The notes below the pieces were generated by a model that was not told where the DNA came from, searched no databases, and was given only the letters and a program-made list of their open reading frames with translations. Shown here one piece after another: positions 24,897 to 33,406 of a stretch of DNA of 52,294 nt. Position 1 is the first letter of the stretch; every line of letters starts with the position of its first letter. The stretch comes from Chthoniobacterales bacterium (GTDB lineage: Bacteria > Verrucomicrobiota > Verrucomicrobiia > Chthoniobacterales > JAFAMB01), in assembly GCA_049585495.1 (NCBI GenBank), contig JBAUZZ010000553.1:1-52294 (forward strand). The letters are read 5' to 3'. A program made the position numbers and the translations under genes.

Positions 24897-25937
24897 ATGG
24901 ACCCTCAAACCAGCAGCCAGCCCTCGCGAACTGGTGAGATGAGCCCGGCACCCGCGGTGCGGAATCACGGGCAAGGATCGATAGAAAGATTCTTCGGCCG
25001 GCTTAAGCGCTTCGCACCGTTTCTGGCCTTGATTGCGCTCGCGCTCGTCATTGGCGTACTGAATCCGCGCTTCTTTGAATTCAATAATCTCGTTCGAATT
25101 GCGAACCTGGCGGCGATTCCGCTGGTGCTGGCGCTGGGAGAGACGTTTGTAATTCTCCTCGGCAGCATCGACCTGTCAGTGGAGGGCGTATTGGCGGTAG
25201 GCTCGGTGGTGATCAGCCTGCTCGTCCGCAACGACAGCAACACCAACGCCCTGGGTTGGCTCGGGCCGGTCGCGGCCCTGATCGCGTGCGCCGTGCTTGG
25301 CTGTTTAAACGGTCTGGTCCACGTCAACCTGCGCATCCCGTCCTTCATGGCCACGCTTGGCATGTGGTTCATCGGCGTTGGTTTGGCAACGCTAGCTCTG
25401 GGCGGGTCGAGTGTGCGTGTACTGGATCCCGGCATTCGGGCCTTGGCGCTTACCCGATTGCTTGAATTTCCGCTGGCTGTCTGGGTGGCGCTCGCCGCAC
25501 TCGGCGCCACCTGGGTGTTCGAGCGATTCACGACTATTGGCCGTTACGTGTACGCGATTGGAGGTGGCGAGGACCTGGCGGCGTTGTCGGGCATTCCGGT
25601 TAAACGAGTGAAGATTATTGTTTTCACACTCGCGGGCGCCCTATACGGCTTGGCTGGGCTCCTGGCCGCGGCGCAGCTGGGCCAGGGGAACGCATTGATC
25701 GGAAGTGGTCGACTTTTCTTCACAATCACTGCCGTGGTGGCAGGAGGTTCTGCGCTGACCGGGGGCGAAGGCGGCGTATTAAACACTCTGGTTGGCGTAC
25801 TAATCATTGCTGTCCTCGCCAATGGCATGGTGCTGCTGGGCATTTCGCCTTATCTGCAACAGGCGGTACAGGGGCTCTTGATAATCGTCGCAGTTGCCCT
25901 TTCCATCGACCGGGCCCGCCTCAAGATTGTGAAATAG
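24897..25937 (+). CDS. sugar ABC transporter permease (RbsC/YtfT-like)
   Basis: 346-aa polytopic ORF with GSIDLSVEG and GG.G...G..GA branched-sugar permease motifs. The N-terminal ~40 aa may be an extension. Confidence 0.9.
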   Translation: MDPQTSSQPSRTGEMSPAPAVRNHGQGSIERFFGRLKRFAPFLALIALALVIGVLNPRFFEFNNLVRIANLAAIPLVLALGETFVILLGSIDLSVEGVLAVGSVVISLLVRNDSNTNALGWLGPVAALIACAVLGCLNGLVHVNLRIPSFMATLGMWFIGVGLATLALGGSSVRVLDPGIRALALTRLLEFPLAVWVALAALGATWVFERFTTIGRYVYAIGGGEDLAALSGIPVKRVKIIVFTLAGALYGLAGLLAAAQLGQGNALIGSGRLFFTITAVVAGGSALTGGEGGVLNTLVGVLIIAVLANGMVLLGISPYLQQAVQGLLIIVAVALSIDRARLKIVK

Positions 25938-25940
25938 GCG

Positions 25941-27443
25941 ATGCTCTCGATCAGTCACGTAAGTAAAGCCTTCGCCGGCGTTCAGGCGCTCGACGATGTG
26001 AGCATCGAGATCAGCGAAAATGAAGTCGTTGGTCTGGTCGGCGAGAATGGCGCGGGAAAATCGACCCTTATGCGGATCCTTGCGGGTGTCTATACGCCGG
26101 ATCGCGGCTCACTCCGACTCGATGGCCAGCCGGTCATTCTACGAAAGCCAAGCGATGCCAATGCATCCGGGATAGGAATCGTGTTCCAGGAACAGTCCCT
26201 ACTACCAAACCTCAGCGTCGCCGAGAACATCTACCTCGGTCAGGAAGCGGAGTTTGTCCGGCTCGGCCTGATCGACCGGCGCCAACTGAATAGCGCCGCA
26301 CGGCGGCAGCTTGCCAAGGTCCAGGTTGACATCGATCCGCGTACCCGGACTTCTGAGCTGAACTTTGCCGCTCGTCAAATGGTTGAGCTCGCCAAGGCGC
26401 TGGCGCTGGAAGAACGCACTGACCGGCATCTGGTGATTCTGTTGGATGAACCGACTTCAGTGCTTGAGCAACGCGATATTGATATTCTGTTTGCGCGCAT
26501 TCGCGAGCTGAAACGCCGGGCCAGCTTTATTTTCGTCTCACATCGCCTCGACGAAGTTCTGGCGATGAGCGACCGCGTTTACGTAATGAAGGACGGCCGG
26601 GTGGTTGCGGAGATGCCAATCATCAACGCCACCATACCACAACTCCACCAGCTGATGGTCGGCCGCGACCGACATGCCGAGTACTATCGAGAGTCGCGCC
26701 AAAAGCCGCCTCGGCCCAAAATCGTGATGCAGGCCGCCGGTCTGACCGTAAGCGGTGTGTACCGGGACGTAGACTTCACCCTGCACCAGGGAGAGGTTCT
26801 CGGCGTGGCCGGCGTCATCGGCTCCGGCCGGGAAGGGCTCACGCGTACGCTTTTCGGGTTTCTTCCACAAACCCGCGGCACACTTCAAGTTAAGGGGCGG
26901 CAAGTCCGTTTGACCTCTCCGTCACAGGCGGCCGATCTCGGGATCGGTTATCTTCCACGCGAAAGGCGGGTCGAAGGGCTGGTCCTGCCTTTATCTGTGG
27001 CTGTAAACGTGACCCTTGCCAGTCTGTCAACGGTCAAAGTTAGCGGTGCGATCAATCCGCCACGCGAGCGCGACCTCGCGAGGCGCTGGGTAAAAAAACT
27101 CCGAATCCGCACGCCAAATGTCGACGCGCTCTGCCTCAATCTCAGCGGCGGTAACCAGCAGAAAGTCGTCCTCTGCAAGTGGATGAATGCTCGCTCTCAA
27201 ATTTTGATTTTTGATCACCCTACCCGGGGACTCGATGTCGGCGCCAAGGAAGAGGTGTATGAATTGATGCGCGATCTTTCGGAGAGCGGGATAGCGATAA
27301 TCCTTACGGCTGACACCTTGGAGGAAACGATCGGATTGTCCCACTCTATTCTGGTAATGCGTGACGGGCAGATAACCGCGCGATTCGAGGCGTCTCCGGG
27401 CGCCAAGCCCTCTCAGATCCAGCTCATCCGCCACATGGTGTAA
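25941..27443 (+). CDS. sugar ABC transporter ATP-binding protein (two fused ABC domains, RbsA/YtfR-like)
   Basis: Walker A GENGAGKST, signature LSGGNQQKV, and a duplicated ABC cassette of 500 aa. Confidence 0.95.
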   Translation: MLSISHVSKAFAGVQALDDVSIEISENEVVGLVGENGAGKSTLMRILAGVYTPDRGSLRLDGQPVILRKPSDANASGIGIVFQEQSLLPNLSVAENIYLGQEAEFVRLGLIDRRQLNSAARRQLAKVQVDIDPRTRTSELNFAARQMVELAKALALEERTDRHLVILLDEPTSVLEQRDIDILFARIRELKRRASFIFVSHRLDEVLAMSDRVYVMKDGRVVAEMPIINATIPQLHQLMVGRDRHAEYYRESRQKPPRPKIVMQAAGLTVSGVYRDVDFTLHQGEVLGVAGVIGSGREGLTRTLFGFLPQTRGTLQVKGRQVRLTSPSQAADLGIGYLPRERRVEGLVLPLSVAVNVTLASLSTVKVSGAINPPRERDLARRWVKKLRIRTPNVDALCLNLSGGNQQKVVLCKWMNARSQILIFDHPTRGLDVGAKEEVYELMRDLSESGIAIILTADTLEETIGLSHSILVMRDGQITARFEASPGAKPSQIQLIRHMV

Positions 27444-27489
27444 GCAAATGAAGAGGCAATTACGCCTATCCGCCAGAGTTCAGCGTCCA

Positions 27490-27780
27490 CCTACGCGCGT
27501 CGACTTAACAACACAGAATAGCCGCGATAAAGCGCCGAAGGCGCGAAATATGGTAGCCTGGGGCGCAAGCCCCAGGATGACGTTTTTAGAAAATCGCGTC
27601 CGGTCTGAAGGACCGGCAGAAACCTGGAACGTCCAACGCCTGGTGGGGGAATCACATTTCTGGCGCACCTTCAGTGCGCGACGCCTTTTTCGATCCTTAA
27701 CCCAGGGCTGCGCCCTGGGCTACCATATTTCGCGCCTTCCGCGCTTAGACCTCTACTACAAGCTTAGGTCGACGCGTATG
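27490..27780. repeat. ~290-bp near-palindromic MITE/REPIN-like element inside the ABC operon
   Basis: Inner inverted repeat 27531-27575 (agcgccgaaggcgcgaaatatggtagcctggggcgcaagccccagg) versus 27701-27745. Outer acgcgcgtcgac/gtcgacgcgt. Internal TGAAG-loop hairpins ccggtc-tgaag-gaccgg and gcgcac-cttca-gtgcgc. Confidence 0.85.
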
Positions 27781-27835
27781 GCATTCCCCGGACGACGGCG
27801 GAAGAACGATATCAAACCCATGACAACCGAACAAG

Positions 27836-28810
27836 ATGCAGAGCGATAGTGCCACTGCCAGAAGCTGGACCTCTCTCGCCAGCCGCATGCGCACGAGCGC
27901 CCCCTTTCTTGTATTGATCGGACTCGTGGCGCTCATTGGCATCTTAAAGCCAGGCTTTGTCAGCATCGACACTTTGGTGGTTGTAATGGCGGACACCGCA
28001 ACATTGTTCATCCTCGCGGCCGGCGTGACCTTCGTTGTGATGCTTGGAGGGATCGATCTTTCGATTCAGGCTGTCGCATCCTTCAGCAGCGTCATCGTGG
28101 CTGTGATGCTTAACCGAGCCGGGTACTGGACATTCCCCGCCGCCCTGCTGGCTGGTCTGGTGATCGGCGCCTTTAGTGGCATAGTCCACGTCTGGCTACG
28201 GATCCCATCGTTCATTGTAACCCTGGCGACCAGCGGACTGGCAGCCGCAGCTGCGCTCATCCTGTCGGAAGGGCGCTCAATCACTATCGGCGAAAGCGGC
28301 CGAGTGTTCTTGAGCTGGATAGTCGGACGCGTCTTCGGGGTGCCGAGCGTGATTATCGTCGGCGCAGCCGTCGGCGGCATCGGGATTTTGACGCAGCGTT
28401 ACACCTCCTTTGGTCGCTACAGTACCGCAATCGGAGCCGGCGAAGCGGCAACTTGGGCTTCAGGTGTTAAGGTTAATCGCCAAAAGGTCATTGCGTACGC
28501 CTTGTCGGCAACGCTGGCCGCGCTGGCAGGGATTCTTCTTGCCGGTCGACTGAGCAGCGGCTCACCGACGCTGGCGAACGAGCTTCTGCTACCTGCGATC
28601 GCAGCCGTCGTTGTTGGCGGAACAGCCATCACTGGCGGCGCGGGCGGGATCGGGCGCACGGCCATCGGTGCCCTGATAATCTCTGTCGTCCGCGTCGGGA
28701 TGACCTTTGTTGGAATCAATATTTTCGCGCAGCAGATCGTCTTCGGAGTGGTTCTTATCATGGCCGTCGCCGCGACGATCGACCGCAGCAAGATACTCAT
28801 TGTCAAATAA
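27836..28810 (+). CDS. sugar ABC transporter permease, second subunit (YjfF-like)
   Basis: 324-aa polytopic ORF, paralogous to 24897-25937 (GGIDLSIQA, GGTAITGGAGG). Confidence 0.9.
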   Translation: MQSDSATARSWTSLASRMRTSAPFLVLIGLVALIGILKPGFVSIDTLVVVMADTATLFILAAGVTFVVMLGGIDLSIQAVASFSSVIVAVMLNRAGYWTFPAALLAGLVIGAFSGIVHVWLRIPSFIVTLATSGLAAAAALILSEGRSITIGESGRVFLSWIVGRVFGVPSVIIVGAAVGGIGILTQRYTSFGRYSTAIGAGEAATWASGVKVNRQKVIAYALSATLAALAGILLAGRLSSGSPTLANELLLPAIAAVVVGGTAITGGAGGIGRTAIGALIISVVRVGMTFVGINIFAQQIVFGVVLIMAVAATIDRSKILIVK

Positions 28811-28839
28811 GCCGCCGAGAGGTAATTGGGTGTCGGCGT

Positions 28840-29631
28840 ATGGACCTCGAGCTAAAAGGCAAGGTGGCCGTCATCACCGGCGGTAGCGTGGGCATCGGCT
28901 TGGCAGTCGCAGAGGGGCTCGCCGCGGAGGGCGTCAATGTGGTTCTGGCTGCGCGTCAGGCCGAGCGGGCGCATGCGGAAGCGAAGCGGGTTGGCGACCA
29001 TTTTAAAGTGCGCGCAATTGGTGTTCCCGCCGATGTGGTGAAAGCGGAAGACGTTGGCAGAGTCATTTCGGTCGTCAAGCAGGAGTTTGGCGGCGCGGAT
29101 ATTCTGATAGACAACGCTGGTACCGGCAGCAACGAGACCATCATGGAGGCCCCTGATGAAAAATGGCAGTACTATTGGGATCTCCACGTGATGGCTGCCG
29201 TCCGGCTCGCTCGTGGTCTAGTGCCGTTGATGCGACAGCGCGGCGGCGGCGTAATCCTCCACAACGCCTCCATCTGCGCCGTTCAGCCGCTTTGGTACGA
29301 GCCGATCTACAACGTCACAAAAGCGGCGCTGATGATGTTTTCAAAAACGCTCGCCACAGAAGTCGTCAAAGACAATATCCGCGTCAACTGCATAAATCCC
29401 GGTTTGATTCTGACCCCCGACTGGATCAAAACCGCGAAGCAGTTGACCGCCGATAAAGGGGGCGACTGGGAGGGCTACCTCGCCTCGGTCGCGCGTGAGC
29501 ATGCGCCGATTGATCGCTTCGGCACGCCCCAAGAGCTTGCGAGCTTTTTCGTGTTCCTCTGTTCGAAACATGCCAGTTATTCGGTCGGATCGACTTACTT
29601 CGTCGACGGCGGGATGCTGAAAGTGGTTTAG
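28840..29631 (+). CDS. SDR family oxidoreductase
   Basis: KVAVITGGSVGIG, NAG, S...YNVTKAA catalytic triad context, 263 aa. Confidence 0.9.
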   Translation: MDLELKGKVAVITGGSVGIGLAVAEGLAAEGVNVVLAARQAERAHAEAKRVGDHFKVRAIGVPADVVKAEDVGRVISVVKQEFGGADILIDNAGTGSNETIMEAPDEKWQYYWDLHVMAAVRLARGLVPLMRQRGGGVILHNASICAVQPLWYEPIYNVTKAALMMFSKTLATEVVKDNIRVNCINPGLILTPDWIKTAKQLTADKGGDWEGYLASVAREHAPIDRFGTPQELASFFVFLCSKHASYSVGSTYFVDGGMLKVV

Positions 29632-29680
29632 TTCGAATTTCGGTTTACCTTCAACCCAAATTCCGAAATTGCCTCGCAGG

Positions 29681-29760
29681 GCGGCTCAGCAGGAGCTTCG
29701 CCCTACCGGTGGCGTTTCAGTGGAACGGCGTGGGTAGGGCGAGGGTCCCCGCGAGCCGCC
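29681..29760. repeat. REP doublet of the GGGCGAAGCTCC family, heads inward
   Basis: gcggctcagcaggagcttcgccctacc (29681-29707) and ggtagggcgagggtccccgcgagccgcc (29733-29760). Confidence 0.75.
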
Positions 29761-29769
29761 GTAACTGGA

Positions 29770-29971
29770 CGTGAAAACGCTCTATAAGAAGCTCGGACTT
29801 AGCGAGATGGACGCCGCAGCGCGTTTTCTTCATTGAATGCCTGGACTTTCCAGAGAAACGCTGCAGCACGTAACTTCTATGAGTCCAGAGGCTTCGTGAA
29901 GATAAGAAACAGACGGCGCAGACAATGCCGAGAAGGAACCGGACATCCTCTATTTCTGGTCGTGCAGATAG
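29770..29971 (+). pseudogene. GNAT acetyltransferase C-terminal remnant with frameshifts
   Basis: ...LNAWTFQRNAAARNFYESRGFVKIR in one frame continues as TDGADNAEKEPDILYFWSCR(stop at 29969-71) in the +1 frame. The N-terminal two-thirds is missing and REPs abut. Confidence 0.5.
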
Positions 29972-30003
29972 CTAACTGGCGAAAGGCAGGTTGCACGCTG
30001 ACC

Positions 30004-30033
30004 GCGGCGACGACGGAAGCGTCGCCCTCCAGG
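30004..30033 (-). repeat. REP hairpin of the GGAGGGCGACG...CGTCGCC family
   Basis: gcggcgacgacggaagcgtcgccctccagg. Confidence 0.75.
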
Positions 30034-30554
30034 GCCATTACAGATAGAACCTTATTAGATTAATTGCTCACACCGTCCCTGGTGTCGCGCAGGCCAACGC
30101 GATCCCAGCCAACACCAAACTCGCCGACCACACAAGATCGACGTTGAACCACGCTCGCCGGAGAATCGCCAGGCCAAGGAAATCGTAGACCAGCCAAGCC
30201 ATAAGCGCGGCAACCGCCAGATGAGACTAGCGCATCCGGGCGCGAGGTCCGGTCCGGCGCAAGCGCAGCGACAAAGGCGTGCTTTTCCGGCGGGGCGCCC
30301 ATGGCTAGGCGCGCCGTCGGATAAAAGGTCGGATCAGTTTTCCAACGAAATGACGGAGTGAGTATGGTTGTGGAGGGAGTTCGGTTTTAGCAATCCTCAA
30401 GCGGACTTCGAACGGAAGAGACCGGGAAGACGCTACGCATAAACCCTACAAACTCAATCCGGATTGTGAAAAGAAACCTGATTCCGGAGGCTGAACCGGG
30501 GACAATCGCGAAACTCCCAAAGGCTCATTTGTCGGGTGGTCCATACGCTTCAAC

Positions 30555-30629
30555 TTAAACCTGAATTCCGAAATTCCGGCGACGGCGGAGCGTCGCCCTC
30601 CAAGGCTCAATTTCGGGATTTGGGTTAAA
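30555..30629 (-). repeat. REP hairpin (GGCGACG-GCGGAG-CGTCGCC) nested in a 20-nt inverted repeat
   Basis: ttaaacctgaattccgaaatt-ccggcgacggcggagcgtcgccctccaagg-ctcaatttcgggatttgggttaaa. Confidence 0.8.
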
Positions 30630-30773
30630 TGGCTGCACGCTGAAGGCGTAAGAGAACTTAGCCTAAGGGTGGAGCGCAGCGGAACCCTGGGTATTCAAAT
30701 TAATATGCGCACAGCTCTGAAGGAGCGTAAGAGGCGAATCCCGCGTTGCAAACTGTCGCCGCCATCCAAAGAG

Positions 30774-31127
30774 TCAGTCCTCGATCACAGAAAGTCTAGT
30801 CACCTCGAACCTGCTGGTATCGGCCGGAAGATAAAGAACAGCGCTGGTCCGCGGCCAAAGGGCGGTGTGCCCGTAACTGGTTTGAGGATATTTTGCCGAC
30901 AGCGCAATCAGACTCCGAGTAATACAGAACGAGAGGTCCAATTTTTTGTCGGTTTCGTTCAACACCGATAGTCCGACAGCCTGATGTCTTGAACCCTGCT
31001 CGAAAGTGATCTTCAATTCGTCCCGATACGGATTTACAATATCGATCCAGGCCGCCCCGGCGGACACCAGGAGCGAGAGCCAGAACGTGAGCAGCCGCTT
31101 GATCACATCAACGGACAAGTAACGCAA
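30774..31127 (-). CDS. hypothetical small secreted or membrane-anchored protein
   Basis: 117-aa ORF with a TTG start and an N-terminal hydrophobic segment LLTFWLSLLVSAGAAW. No family recognised. Lies in a lower-GC, repeat-littered region. Confidence 0.3.
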   Translation of the reverse strand: MRYLSVDVIKRLLTFWLSLLVSAGAAWIDIVNPYRDELKITFEQGSRHQAVGLSVLNETDKKLDLSFCITRSLIALSAKYPQTSYGHTALWPRTSAVLYLPADTSRFEVTRLSVIED

Positions 31128-31297
31128 TCTTCGTCGGACATGAAGCAGCTTTTTCGGCCAAATCCGCCCGACAACTTAGGCTTTCGCCTGGGACGATGGC
31201 ACAATTCCCGGCAATCGAGAGTGTCCCTTTAGAGACCGGTGCTGGACGCCAATGCTTTTCTTTTGCCAGCGATCAACCGAAAGCACATTGTTCCTCC

Positions 31298-31516
31298 ATG
31301 AAAGGACGATTCAGCCCGCTTAATTTGATCATGGCCGTTGCGACACTCTTGCTATCCTCCTGTATGTCGGAACCGGACCTCCCCAGCGCCTCAGATCCGG
31401 CAGATTCGAACGTTTCGCAACCGCGAAGCCGGGAAGGGCTAACAAACGATGCGGAAGGAGCCCCGTCAGAGAAACGTCTCGAGCGACCAGGCGATTCGGC
31501 CCCATCCGGTTATTGA
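31298..31516 (+). CDS. putative small lipoprotein
   Basis: Internal ATG of ORF 31196-31516. MKGRFSPLNLIMAVATLLLSSC gives a signal peptide with a lipobox-like LSSC, followed by a low-complexity acidic/Pro/Ser tail. Confidence 0.45.
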   Translation: MKGRFSPLNLIMAVATLLLSSCMSEPDLPSASDPADSNVSQPRSREGLTNDAEGAPSEKRLERPGDSAPSGY

Positions 31517-31562
31517 ACTGCAGCGACGGCGCAGGCAAACCTAGCCAGCCTTTTCCCTGCCA

Positions 31563-32954
31563 ATGTCCAATGTCTCGCCTCAGCCATCGGCAGTCGCTCT
31601 GCGAAAGACCGGTGTGCTAAATAAGGTGACCGGTTTCTTCCTGTATCTCTTCGAGCGGATTACCCCGGATCCCTATATCTTTGCAGTATCGCTCACCATC
31701 CTTACCGCCCTGCTGGCTCTCATTTTCGCTCCGAAGGGCTCGGCACAGGTCATCCTTACCGGCTGGTACAACGGCCTCTTCAGCATCCTGGCGTTCGCGT
31801 TCCAGATGGTCCTCGTACTCGTGACCGGATATGCTCTTTCCAATTCCGGACCGGTTCGGACCGTTCTGGATCGGTTGGCCGCGCTCGCCACGACGCCTAA
31901 GCGGGCCATTGTGTTGACGATAGTGACAGTCATGCTCACGTCGTTCGTAAATTGGGGTTGCGGCCTGGTCGTGGCCGGATTGCTCGCACGGGAAATTGCG
32001 AAACGCATTCGGATCGATTTCGGGTGGCTTGTAGCCGGAGCGTATTCCGGCTGGATCATCTGGGCGAGCGGGTTCTCCAGTTCGATCGCGCTGGCCCAGG
32101 CCACGCCCGGGTCAGCTCTGAATATCGTTCAAAAGGTCACGGGACAGGTGTTGGGTCTGGGGGAGATGCTTTTTGCTCCGTTCAACCTCGTCCCCATCCT
32201 GGTCCTGCTTGTCCTGATTCCGCTGCTGTATTGTGCCATCCAACCCGCTGAACACGACACGGTAGCGGCAGATGCCGCCCGACTCGCCGCAGAGGATCAG
32301 GCGACGGAGTCGGCAGCAGGTGCGCCTGCAACGATTGCGCGGAAGTTGGAACAAGCATGGTTTTTGAATGTGATTCTGGTGGTCGCGGGAATCGCGGCGC
32401 TTTGGTTCAGTTGGGCGAAAACCGGACCAACGCTCGACATCAATTCTGTGATCTTCCTGTTTTTGCTAGCAGGCCTCCTCCTGCATTGGAGGCCGATTGC
32501 GTATGTCAGGGCGATCAACAACGCCGCCCGAGTGACGGGTCCTTTGATTCTCCAATACCCGCTCTACGGGGGAATTATGGGGATCATGACGACCACCGGG
32601 TTGGCGGATGTCATTTCCAAGGTCTTCGTGAGCTTTTCCAATGCGCACACCTTGCCGTTCTGGAATTATATCGCTTCGATCATTATCAGTCTCTTCATTC
32701 CGAGCGGTGGCGGGCACTGGGCGGTCCAAGGCCCTTTTACCGTTCCTGCAGCGGTGCACTTGCATGCGTCTCAAGCAGCCACTGCAATGGCTGTGGCGAT
32801 GGGTGAACAGGTTGCCAATATGATCCAACCATTCTGGGCTCTGCCGGTATTAGCGATTGCCGGAATCAGCCTGCGTCGGGTAATGGGTTTTACCGTGATG
32901 AGTTTCCTGGTCGGCGTCGTTGTGTTCGGGATCGCGTTGTTGGTATTGGTTTAG
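31563..32954 (+). CDS. short-chain fatty acid transporter (AtoE family)
   Basis: 463-aa polytopic ORF. The N-terminal ...FERITPDPYIFAVSLTILT... and overall architecture resemble AtoE/TIGR00366 proteins. Convergent with the acetoacetyl-CoA synthetase gene. Confidence 0.8.
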   Translation: MSNVSPQPSAVALRKTGVLNKVTGFFLYLFERITPDPYIFAVSLTILTALLALIFAPKGSAQVILTGWYNGLFSILAFAFQMVLVLVTGYALSNSGPVRTVLDRLAALATTPKRAIVLTIVTVMLTSFVNWGCGLVVAGLLAREIAKRIRIDFGWLVAGAYSGWIIWASGFSSSIALAQATPGSALNIVQKVTGQVLGLGEMLFAPFNLVPILVLLVLIPLLYCAIQPAEHDTVAADAARLAAEDQATESAAGAPATIARKLEQAWFLNVILVVAGIAALWFSWAKTGPTLDINSVIFLFLLAGLLLHWRPIAYVRAINNAARVTGPLILQYPLYGGIMGIMTTTGLADVISKVFVSFSNAHTLPFWNYIASIIISLFIPSGGGHWAVQGPFTVPAAVHLHASQAATAMAVAMGEQVANMIQPFWALPVLAIAGISLRRVMGFTVMSFLVGVVVFGIALLVLV

Positions 32955-32974
32955 CCTAAACGTCTGAACAAACT

Positions 32975-33001
32975 GCGGCTCAGCCGGAGCTTCGCCCCAC
33001 C
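32975..33001 (-). repeat. REP unit of the GGGCGAAGCTCC family
   Basis: gcggctcagccggagcttcgccccacc. Confidence 0.7.
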
Positions 33002-33038
33002 GCCGATTGTTCCGTGGCATATGATCGGTGGGCTAGCC

Positions 33039-33338
33039 CACAATCTCACAGAAGCGCCCAAAGAAGATTTTTACAGAAGCTCTCAGAGATCTCGAAGGGC
33101 ATCGGTCGGGGGCGTCGCGACCGTTGAGGAATTCATTCACGTAAAGGCGCTTGCCGCGCACCCGCCAGTCTTTCTGCAGAAAGGTCCTGTTTTCGCGAAA
33201 TGCCAGGAGATCTGTTGCACTTCATGATCGGCGCACCACGCAAGACCAGTCTTCGACCAGAGCCAAACCCAATCTTTGAGACCCTTTGAGAGCTTCTGTG
33301 AGAATCTTCTTCGCGTGCTTCTGTAAGATTTGTGAGCG
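33039..33338. repeat. MITE-like element with ~65-bp terminal inverted repeats (TACAGAAGCTCTCAAAGG family)
   Basis: Left end cacaatctcacagaagcgcccaaagaagatttttacagaagctctcagagatctcgaaggg. Reverse complement of the right end is cacaaatcttacagaagcacgcgaagaagattctcacagaagctctcaaagggtctcaaag. Same TIR words as 9484-9811. Confidence 0.8.
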
Positions 33339-33360
33339 ATGGGGTCAGCCGAATCTCTTA

Positions 33361-33389
33361 CTGACACTTCTCCCAACTGGCACTGACAC
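33361..33389 (+). repeat. solo CTGACAC-word arm
   Basis: ctgacacttctcccaactggcactgacac uses the same vocabulary as arm 21121-21221. Lies just beyond the stop at 33407. Confidence 0.65.
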
Positions 33390-33406
33390 AATCTCTCGCG
33401 CTTCGT

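Noticed and set aside
27448-27849. 133-aa ORF between the ABC ATPase and the second permease
   Set aside because: It is read entirely through the near-palindromic repeat 27490-27780, and a mirror-image ORF exists on the other strand. The peptide is typical of repeat translation, not of a gene.
30063-30245. Small membrane-protein-like frame on the minus strand (…LAVAALMAWLVYDFLGLAILRRAWFNVDLVWSASLVLAGIALA…)
   Set aside because: It is interrupted by an in-frame TAG near its start. Only a 46-codon ATG-initiated piece remains and no family is recognised. Noted as possible debris only.
33115-33270. Possible transposase or toxin remnant inside the MITE (minus-strand fragments HEVQQISWHFAK / DWRVRGKRLYVNEF)
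   Set aside because: The fragments need a frameshift to join and are only ~40 residues long. I cannot match them to HUH/Y1, DDE or toxin motifs, so this is unsupported.
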